This document shows positions 31,477 through 39,284 of a stretch of DNA of 64,000 bases, piece after piece. Origin of the DNA: Barthelona sp. PCE. Lineage: Eukaryota. The notes beneath the pieces are model-generated. The model saw only the letters and a list, made by a program, of their open reading frames with translations, was not told where the DNA came from and made no database searches. Both the position numbers and the translations under genes were made by a program. The stretch lies in NCBI GenBank assembly GCA_040285745.1, contig JAUFOR010000001.1, positions 868,001 through 932,000 of the forward strand, given 5' to 3'. How positions within the stretch are numbered: position 1 is the first letter of the stretch; each line of letters opens with the position of its first letter.

Positions 31477-32710
31477 AAGTCAACAAGGTGTTGACAAGGT
31501 CCTTCCAGCAATTTCCTTTAGCCTAGAGAGGTTTAGGGAACTTGCAAATCTTTTTGGCATGCGCCCATCCAAGTCATTAGCCAAGAATATTGAGGAGTCG
31601 GACATTAGAGGAGTCCGGGAGATGATTAGAGCTGCCGAAAATCACTGGAAGGCAGCTCCGGCTCTCATAACGCAGGAACTGGATGCGTTCAGGGCAGCAA
31701 AGAGGGAGGCCGACAAGATCGAGGGAATATCGGACGTCGACAAGAAACAGCTCATCAAGACGATTACGCAACAGGTAACGCATGCGAAGGAGCAGGCGCT
31801 GAACGAGACGCGGAAGCAGACAATGGCCGCGTGGGAAGAAGAACCATCCGATGACGAGACCGACACCCAGCACACGTCTTCGAACGCAGGAATGAACACC
31901 GCCATGCAGATCGCAAGGGACGCTACCGCTTTGGTGAGCGAGACGATGAAAGAGGCCAGGCAGAGTAGGATGAGAGCCACAACCTATAACGAACCTTTCG
32001 ATGCGGGCATCCAACAAGACAAACTACTCAGGAAGGTCAAACACCAATGGCAAAGAGGTCTGACATACGATAAGTTTACTGCCGCCATGGACAAGTTCCT
32101 CGAGGCGGAGATAAAGCGCAACCCCACGATCTTCGCTGGCGATATTGATCTCGGGCTCTGGAAAGCGGACGACGTCCTTCCGGACGCGTTTGTTGAGGAG
32201 GTGACGGACGACCACAAGGATAATTGGTTCCGCGAGTGGCAAATTCGTCTGAGGGACTTCAAGACGATCTACGAGGACAAGGTCGGATCCCAGTATGAAC
32301 ACGAGTGGCAAACCAAGCGTTTGTACTTGCTGATGGAAGCCGCAGCGGAAATGGCGTTGGGAGACACTCTCCTACTAATCGGCAAGCTGTATGAGGAACG
32401 GCCACACCTCATCCCGACCTTCATCGCTGCCGTCTCTCCATATGGTCCCAGCCGGGCCAACAGGGCGTCAGGTATCTACAACGACGAACTCAACGTCGAC
32501 CACGTGCCTGACAACTGGGTTGACGAGAATCGCGTGAAGCAATTCCTCACTAAGACGCTGGGAGTCGGTAGCTCCGGCATCATGGTCGAGTTTGACCCCA
32601 CCGCCACCAAGAAGGCGTTCAACCATTCCACGAGAGCCCCCAAGCGCACGCACCGTCCTAAGACGCAAAAGAAGAAACAAGCGTTTAGCGCCAAAGAGGA
32701 GGAGAAGTGA
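31433..32710 (+). CDS. Element ORF1, putative Gag-like protein (frame open from 31433, first ATG 31559)
   Basis: Over 400 codons, helical, with a basic C-terminus, upstream of pol; Gag assignment is positional. Confidence 0.7.
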   Translation, partial: ARTSGGWLQALGEDESQQGVDKVLPAISFSLERFRELANLFGMRPSKSLAKNIEESDIRGVREMIRAAENHWKAAPALITQELDAFRAAKREADKIEGISDVDKKQLIKTITQQVTHAKEQALNETRKQTMAAWEEEPSDDETDTQHTSSNAGMNTAMQIARDATALVSETMKEARQSRMRATTYNEPFDAGIQQDKLLRKVKHQWQRGLTYDKFTAAMDKFLEAEIKRNPTIFAGDIDLGLWKADDVLPDAFVEEVTDDHKDNWFREWQIRLRDFKTIYEDKVGSQYEHEWQTKRLYLLMEAAAEMALGDTLLLIGKLYEERPHLIPTFIAAVSPYGPSRANRASGIYNDELNVDHVPDNWVDENRVKQFLTKTLGVGSSGIMVEFDPTATKKAFNHSTRAPKRTHRPKTQKKKQAFSAKEEEK

Positions 32711-33070
32711 AATCGTTCGTCTCCCCCCGCGCGCGATAGTAAATATCTATCCGACAAGGGCGTGGGAGACGCAAATGATCCCAATGCGGTCACAGCGCTC
32801 GCGGACAGGGTCGGCGAGCTCTCCATCGAGAACGTCAAATTGAAGAAGGAGATCAAGAGCCTCAAGAAGGAAATCCCTAAGAAGCAACTCAAAGCCGCGA
32901 AGATGGAACTTCGCGCAGCTACCAAACTCGTGGAGCTCGAAGACAAAAAGACTAGAAGCCATCAAAGCTCGGGAAAGGAGCACACAGAAAACAAAAAGCA
33001 CCTGAGGACGTTAAACGGGATAAGCCCCGTAAGGAGAAAGCACCAACAGCTACTAGCGTGCAGAAGATGA
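32711..33070 (+). CDS. Element ORF1b, in-frame continuation past the ORF1 TGA (coiled-coil, basic)
   Basis: Same frame as ORF1, 119 sense codons after the TGA. Confidence 0.55.
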   Translation, partial: NRSSPPARDSKYLSDKGVGDANDPNAVTALADRVGELSIENVKLKKEIKSLKKEIPKKQLKAAKMELRAATKLVELEDKKTRSHQSSGKEHTENKKHLRTLNGISPVRRKHQQLLACRR

Positions 33071-36000
33071 TCTCCAAGGAGATCAACAAACTCAAACACG
33101 AGGTTGTAGATGAGCGGAATAACGTCCAAATCTCAAGAAATCCGAAGGAGGTAGTCGGCACAGACACCATGCAGTGGCCGGCCGCGGCGCCACCAGTAGC
33201 TCTGCTGAAGCACCTCCCACCCGACATCTTCCAGAAGGGCGGCCCAAGTCAACGAGTACTCAAAGAGGTGGTCCTAGGGGTTACCGGAACATGGGATATC
33301 CTCGGAACAGACCAGATGAAGATCAATTCAGCCGACACGCCCACGGAACAGTTCGTTAGGGACGCCGCGCGCGTCGCTGGCCTCAGCTGCGAAGAAATTG
33401 AGAAGACAGTCCGACTGCTCGTGACTGAGGGCGTAACGCGCGACATGGTCGTTATCGAAGGAAAGAAGCCTCGCAGGCAGGAGCCAGTACGTCACTGGTA
33501 CAAAGACGACGCTGTCGAATTGAACCTGGCCGTAACCGCGCTCAAAAGTAAGGACCTGATCAAAGAGGTCCCCATCGAAGAGATCGAGGACGAACGAAGG
33601 GCATTCATTTCCATCGGCGCGGTCCCGAAGAATGCAGAACCGGACTCAAACAACATGTTCGCTCCGACGCAGAAGTTCGAATTTGACGTCACATCGCCGG
33701 ACAACGAGCACAGGGTTATCGTCGACTGTACTAACACGAACTCTATGTTCGCCAACATTCCAATGGAACTCATCAAAACCCACTCTCTCGAGATTGTCAT
33801 GGGTGGCAATCTCATGTATTCCGTCGACGCAAAGGATGGTTTCACGCTCATTCCACTGGACGAAGAGCTACAAAAACTGTTCTCATTTACACACGAAGGT
33901 AAGCTTTATCAATGCACTAGAATGCCGTTCGGAGTTTCATTCGGCCCGGCCATCTTCGCCCGCATGATGAACCTGGCAACGACCGCAATGCGTGCGTTGG
34001 GATTCAACATCTGGAGCTACGTCGACGACGCTTTCGGATGGGAACGATCCCTCAGCAAAGCGAGGAACTCGATGATGCTGTTCATAATCATCGCGTCGAA
34101 ACTTGGCATCAAGCTAAACTACAAAAAGTCCGTCAGTCCTTCGTACAAATTGGACATCATCGGCTACACGCTGAGCACCGACGACCAGTCTGACGGCGGC
34201 CGGCTAGTCTCAACAATTAGACCGTCGGACAAGAACATCAGAAAGATCAGAGAGATGGCTCGCGTAATGCGAAATAGAATCGACACAGCAGAACAAATCC
34301 CTGTCAGGGACATCATGAAGCTCGATGGCAAACTTGTATCATTTGCCAACGCCTCGACGATTCTTCAGCGGGTTCACCTACAGCTACAAGCAGTACTGAA
34401 GGATCTCGACGCCCAATACGATAACGCGATATTTGACTCGAGCAGGAACAAGGGCCTACGCCTTCTCCTACCTCTTCCACTAGCCGACGCACTCACGAGC
34501 ATCGTTGAATGTAACTTTGAACCGAAGACGCTGAGCTGCGGTAGAGCTAAGGTAACATTACTGAGCGACGCCATGAAGGACCAGAAACATATAGGCATTG
34601 GAGCGAAGGCATACCCAGACGACGACCAAGAGCTCTCGTTCGAACTTCTCCACAGGATGGGAGTGAACGAGCAAGGAGCAAGAAGGATGTTGACACTTCT
34701 CGACGATCTGCCAGAACAGGAAAGAGTAGACATCGAGCAGAACACTGTCGCAACAATCGCGGAGCAGGAGATGGTACCGATCGTCGAGCTACTCAAGACT
34801 AAGGGCAGACAGCTGAGGAACACCGAAGTCGTCTGGTATTGCGACAACACGAACGTATGCGCCGCTGTCGCGAAGGGCTACAGCAAAAACAAGGTCCTCA
34901 ACAAGGGGGCCCGCATAGTGATGGAACTGTGCGAAATGTGGGACGTGATCGTCACACCAATCTACATCAACTCAGAACAGAATTATCTTCCAGACAGCAT
35001 CTCAAGAGGAGCATCGTCGGAGTCGTGGACCAACTCTACGACATTCGTGCACGAGATTCTCCCAGCTAGGGTAATCGAGTTCAAGACATCCGTCGTCGCA
35101 AGCCTCTACGAACCTGGACACATCCCAGCACTGTACGTCCGCGGTTTCCAGCCCACAAAAGGAAAGTCCAGGAGATCAACGAAAGCCGCACATGTGACAA
35201 GACAATGTCTCGGACAAGACCTTATCTCTCTAGGCGAGTATGACCTCAAACGGAATGCGCTCAAGGTCGACAATGTTGCGAACGGGACTGCACACTGTAC
35301 AGGTAAGCTCAAAATCGTCGAAGGATTCGATGACACAAGATACACCGTCCCTCTATCGAATATGGCGATCATCACGAGAGACAACGAAAGAATCGAGGCA
35401 ACAGTTCCGACTTACTCCGCAGCCACAAGCTTAGAGATAGTCATTCTCAAAGTGTGCAGAACCGGCGCGGAAGTAGATGTGATCCTCCCCGGACCACTCC
35501 CGTCTTGCCCATTGTGGGCTACAATCGCACAAAAGACCATCCCATTAAGTGATGGATCCATAAAGATAAGAGTTACGAGAGAAAAGGTTCTCGGCGGCGA
35601 ACCCGAGGACTACAAGCCCGCTGGAGCACGCACTCAGAACCCGGTACAGGTACGGGGCAAATCACTATCTCTGGCAGATCTGTTCGCCATCCCACCGTCG
35701 ATGGACTACGACGAAGTGCTCGAACTCTTTCTGAAAAAAGGAGCGCACCAACCAACGAGGAACATGCTACATCGCTTCGGGAACTTCGTTCAAAAGGTGC
35801 ACAGCACAGAAATAGTGGACGTCGCATGCCCAGGAAACGAAAAGAGACTTGAAGAGCTGATAATCGAGTTCAGATTCAGACTCGAACAGGAAACAAAATC
35901 GAAGAGGCGTGCGAACGGCGACACCACCGAAGTATGGAGGTACACCTCAGATACGATTAACAGTTACATTTTCCACCTGCGTAAAGGACTGCTGGTTCTG

Positions 36001-36879
36001 AAAATGTTCATCACCGACAAGAAATCTCTCCTCACGACCGAAGAACTCGAGCAACTCGTCCAGCTTAGGGCGGCAGTAATCAGATGCACACTGAGCGAGA
36101 GCTCAGAAACACAGAAATTCGCCATCAGCACGTCAGCAATCAGATTCCTGGCGGCAAGAGAGATTGAAGAGCTTAAAGCACTGGTCCAGGAAGGTACCAC
36201 GAAGAAGAAGGCCCTTCAGAAGCTAAACAAAGTAAGAAGAAGAATTGCTATGATGTCATCAATGTACAACTTAGGATGCAGAGCGGCGTCTCTTGCCGCA
36301 GTCAAGACCCACCAAATTGAAGTCTCAAAATCCGGCGATGTCACGGTAACGCTGGACAAAGTGAAGAACCAACAGGGTCGACCAACCAGCTACATGATCC
36401 CCAGAAACGTATGGGAGCTGGGCACACTGCACGACTATTTAAACGACGCTGTGCAAAGAGCAAAAGAAGGAGGTAAAGAGTTTATTTTCTCGAACGGCGG
36501 AGAAGCCCAGAGCGTCTCGAATGCATTAAACACCATGTTCCGAGATTACAACGAGAAAATCAAGCAATCTGACCACAAGAATGCAAGCAAATTCAGAGTA
36601 TTCAAAATGACAGCTCATGGCCTTAGAGCCGGCAGGGCAAAAGAGATAGCACAACATCCAGATGCGACTGTACGAGTATCAGCGCAAGGAATGGGTCTCT
36701 GGAAGGATGTGAAGGCGATGAACCTTGACTATCTCACGAAACCACTATTGACGTTTGAGGAACGAGAGGTGTTGAGTCCGATGGAATTGGAAGGATGGGT
36801 TTTAGGCCACTTCCCGGACGAAACACCCTCTACACGTGAAGGCGAGCCTTCCCACGTGAGCGTTCCCCGACGTCAATAA
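33067..36879 (+). CDS. Element polyprotein: reverse transcriptase - RNase H - tyrosine recombinase (frame open from 32956)
   Basis: RT: VDAKDGF, RMPFG, YVDD (34018-34029), LDIIGY. RNase H: LSDA, EQE, YCDN, PDSISR. YR: GCR, KVKNQ, HGLR, GLW, DY. Confidence 0.95.
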   Translation: MISKEINKLKHEVVDERNNVQISRNPKEVVGTDTMQWPAAAPPVALLKHLPPDIFQKGGPSQRVLKEVVLGVTGTWDILGTDQMKINSADTPTEQFVRDAARVAGLSCEEIEKTVRLLVTEGVTRDMVVIEGKKPRRQEPVRHWYKDDAVELNLAVTALKSKDLIKEVPIEEIEDERRAFISIGAVPKNAEPDSNNMFAPTQKFEFDVTSPDNEHRVIVDCTNTNSMFANIPMELIKTHSLEIVMGGNLMYSVDAKDGFTLIPLDEELQKLFSFTHEGKLYQCTRMPFGVSFGPAIFARMMNLATTAMRALGFNIWSYVDDAFGWERSLSKARNSMMLFIIIASKLGIKLNYKKSVSPSYKLDIIGYTLSTDDQSDGGRLVSTIRPSDKNIRKIREMARVMRNRIDTAEQIPVRDIMKLDGKLVSFANASTILQRVHLQLQAVLKDLDAQYDNAIFDSSRNKGLRLLLPLPLADALTSIVECNFEPKTLSCGRAKVTLLSDAMKDQKHIGIGAKAYPDDDQELSFELLHRMGVNEQGARRMLTLLDDLPEQERVDIEQNTVATIAEQEMVPIVELLKTKGRQLRNTEVVWYCDNTNVCAAVAKGYSKNKVLNKGARIVMELCEMWDVIVTPIYINSEQNYLPDSISRGASSESWTNSTTFVHEILPARVIEFKTSVVASLYEPGHIPALYVRGFQPTKGKSRRSTKAAHVTRQCLGQDLISLGEYDLKRNALKVDNVANGTAHCTGKLKIVEGFDDTRYTVPLSNMAIITRDNERIEATVPTYSAATSLEIVILKVCRTGAEVDVILPGPLPSCPLWATIAQKTIPLSDGSIKIRVTREKVLGGEPEDYKPAGARTQNPVQVRGKSLSLADLFAIPPSMDYDEVLELFLKKGAHQPTRNMLHRFGNFVQKVHSTEIVDVACPGNEKRLEELIIEFRFRLEQETKSKRRANGDTTEVWRYTSDTINSYIFHLRKGLLVLKMFITDKKSLLTTEELEQLVQLRAAVIRCTLSESSETQKFAISTSAIRFLAAREIEELKALVQEGTTKKKALQKLNKVRRRIAMMSSMYNLGCRAASLAAVKTHQIEVSKSGDVTVTLDKVKNQQGRPTSYMIPRNVWELGTLHDYLNDAVQRAKEGGKEFIFSNGGEAQSVSNALNTMFRDYNEKIKQSDHKNASKFRVFKMTAHGLRAGRAKEIAQHPDATVRVSAQGMGLWKDVKAMNLDYLTKPLLTFEEREVLSPMELEGWVLGHFPDETPSTREGEPSHVSVPRRQ

Positions 36880-36898
36880 ACCTACTTCAGTATAAGGT
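36797..36898 (+). repeat. Split direct repeat B1 (contains the pol stop codon and AATAAA)
   Basis: 102 nt identical to 37030-37131. Confidence 0.97.
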
Positions 36899-37029
36899 GA
36901 CATACAGGCGCTAGCCTTCAGACTTTATACTTGAGGTAGTAAACAGCGGAGGGGGACGAAGCGAACCGTCATGTGTAGTAGGTGTCCGTAGGACCCGATA
37001 CGGTTTTTCTTACCTTTTTCAAAAAAAAA
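36896..37029 (+). repeat. Split direct repeat A2
   Basis: Copy of A1; shares GGT with the end of B1. Confidence 0.97.
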
Positions 37030-37131
37030 GGGTTTTAGGCCACTTCCCGGACGAAACACCCTCTACACGTGAAGGCGAGCCTTCCCACGTGAGCGTTCCC
37101 CGACGTCAATAAACCTACTTCAGTATAAGGT
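37030..37131 (+). repeat. Split direct repeat B2
   Basis: Copy of B1; ends TATAAGGT. Confidence 0.97.
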
Positions 37132-39252
37132 CTGTACCGGTACTTAATACCCCAGATTACGTCACAGCTCGAAGAAGCAAAGAACCCAGAAATCATACAC
37201 GCTAAGGGAACTTTAGATCCCATCTACGTTATTGGTGCAGCTCCTTCAGACATCAAGAACGCTTTCACGAACATAGACGAAACATTCGCAAACAAAGAGG
37301 ATTACTTTGAAGCAGAGCGCTCCAAATACCTTGATTATAATGATTTAAATGGAGGATTCCAAGTGGATGAGTCAACACCCAATGTCACTATAACCCTTTT
37401 CGCTCCTGAAGGCCATGAAACAGAAAGATCGCTCAACCTCCTCAACGGATTGTCAAAAGGTATATTCAAGTTGAAAGGTGCTCAATTATCGCCTGAGATG
37501 ACAACTCAGAACATGCCCATAGTTTCAGACTCCAAGAACGTTCTCTTAGTAGTGAGCAAAGTCTTTATGTTCTTCCTCATCATCCCCCTTGTGAACCCGA
37601 CGCAGCCAATCATCCAGACGCTCGTCAGGTATAAGGAGAAGGGAAAGCGCAAGCATCTTGCCATGATGGGTTTGGGTCGTTTGCCCTGGTGGGTTGGTAA
37701 TGTATGCGCCGACTTTATCATCTACCTGATGGTTGCCACTGTGTTCCTTGTCGCGCTTTTCTTTGCCGACTTAATCATTGTAACATTGGTTCCCTGGTAC
37801 GTGCATGTTTTTACGTTCTTAACGGTCTCTTTCTCGTATCTGACCGTTGCCTACATCATTTCCCTTATATTTAAGTCGGAGAAGGTCGCAGTCACAATCA
37901 GCGGTCTGTTTATGCAACTGTTGATATTCATTCCGTTGTTATGGGAACTATTCCTGAACTTCCAAGGAGAAAATGATTTGGAGTCATTCCATCTCGCAGC
38001 TGCTTTCTTCCCTGGATACAACTTCTTGCTTTTCTATAATACTGCCACTGATATTTTGCTTCGTGATGAGCAAGTGCAACTCTTCTTTGGTAACATTGTT
38101 CTCCGTAACTGCTCGATATCCCTTCTTCTCTGGAGCATTTTTGGCATTGTTCTGGTCTATATAATCGACAGGGTCTCGTTCAAGCTGGGCCGCGTTCTGA
38201 AATCAAACAGCGATAGTGCTTCCAAACGTATCTCTCCCTTCAGATCTCCTGACGTCGAGAGCGAGATTGCCCGTGTTAACGGATACCGCAACAAAGCGCT
38301 TCTCAAGATTCAAAACATCTCAAAGACGTTCCCTGTCAAAGGCGAAGAGGATGTACATGCTCTCACCAACGTAAACCTCCTTGCCGAGGATAACAACGTC
38401 ATCGGCCTTGTCGGACCGAACGGAAGCGGAAAAACGACACTCTTCAAGACAATTATCGGTGAGCATGTGCAGACAAATGGTAGCATTTCCATTAACGGTC
38501 TTGACACCAGAAGAGACGCTGAGGAAATCTGGAAGATTCTGTCGATTTGCCCACAGGAGGATATCGTTTTCGACCGTTTAACGTTCAGAGAGCACCTGCA
38601 GATAGTATGTCTCATACGAGACGGTGGTGAAGAAATGATGGATGAACTCATCAGATTGTTCAGCGTTGAAGAGTACATGGATAGGTGGGCTGAGCGCCTC
38701 AGTGGTGGTAACAAGCGTAAGCTCATGATCATGCAGGCATTGTCCGGCCCCAAGGAATCATCTCAGATCTTGTTGCTCGACGAACCCACCGGTGCTATTG
38801 ACGTCAGTGCCCGACGAAACATCCATCGCATCATCCATCAGTTCAAGGAAGATCGCCTCATCGTCGTAACATCGCACTCGATGGACGAAATTACACGTCT
38901 CTGCAACCGTGTCTGTATACTCAGTGTCGGACACCAAAGGGCTATCGGAACGCCCCTCTATCTCACTAAGCAGTACGGTAGTGGTTATGTCTTGCATGTT
39001 CGCAGCAACGGTGCTATGAACGTCAAGGCGATAATTGAGCAGCAGTTCCCCTTCATAAAGGAAGCCAACTACTCGGGTACTGTTTCAATTTGGAACTGTC
39101 CACCTGAAACTGATTTGGAAGAAATTTACCGCTATTTCCTTCCCAACAAGGAAAAGCTCGGTATCATTGATTGGTACATCAACCAGACGACCCTCGATAG
39201 TGTCCTTATGCGTTTCACTTCAGAGGCGATCCAAATGGGGCTCATGTCCTAA
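37132..39252 (+). CDS. ABCA half-transporter, remainder (reconstructed full length 747 aa)
   Basis: Open from 37132 (LYRYLIPQ...); TM domain, Walker A GPNGSGKT, signature LSGGNKRKL, Walker B LLLDEP. Confidence 0.92.
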   Translation: MYRYLIPQITSQLEEAKNPEIIHAKGTLDPIYVIGAAPSDIKNAFTNIDETFANKEDYFEAERSKYLDYNDLNGGFQVDESTPNVTITLFAPEGHETERSLNLLNGLSKGIFKLKGAQLSPEMTTQNMPIVSDSKNVLLVVSKVFMFFLIIPLVNPTQPIIQTLVRYKEKGKRKHLAMMGLGRLPWWVGNVCADFIIYLMVATVFLVALFFADLIIVTLVPWYVHVFTFLTVSFSYLTVAYIISLIFKSEKVAVTISGLFMQLLIFIPLLWELFLNFQGENDLESFHLAAAFFPGYNFLLFYNTATDILLRDEQVQLFFGNIVLRNCSISLLLWSIFGIVLVYIIDRVSFKLGRVLKSNSDSASKRISPFRSPDVESEIARVNGYRNKALLKIQNISKTFPVKGEEDVHALTNVNLLAEDNNVIGLVGPNGSGKTTLFKTIIGEHVQTNGSISINGLDTRRDAEEIWKILSICPQEDIVFDRLTFREHLQIVCLIRDGGEEMMDELIRLFSVEEYMDRWAERLSGGNKRKLMIMQALSGPKESSQILLLDEPTGAIDVSARRNIHRIIHQFKEDRLIVVTSHSMDEITRLCNRVCILSVGHQRAIGTPLYLTKQYGSGYVLHVRSNGAMNVKAIIEQQFPFIKEANYSGTVSIWNCPPETDLEEIYRYFLPNKEKLGIIDWYINQTTLDSVLMRFTSEAIQMGLMS

Positions 39253-39284
39253 TGTTCATATTCATAATGTTTGTTAATAAAGTT

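Larger units (their letters stand above)
31043..37131 (+). mobile_element. Tyrosine-recombinase (DIRS-order, PAT/Ngaro-like) retrotransposon with split direct repeats
   Basis: A1...B1-A2-B2 repeat layout; RT, RNase H and YR motifs; GGT at both ends and at the B1/A2 junction. Confidence 0.95.

Noticed and set aside
32708-32710. Genome-wide UGA reassignment as the explanation of the in-frame TGA
   Set aside because: Host genes appear to end at TGA (e.g. TAF9-like at 45465, TRM11 at 14244) and long host ORFs contain no internal TGA
36816-36826. GGACGAAAC in repeat B, resembling a hammerhead ribozyme core
   Set aside because: No CUGANGA box or matching stem II upstream
37363-39252. ABCA as a standalone gene starting at GTG 37363
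   Set aside because: The frame is open from 37132 and the true start is 30923, upstream of the insertion
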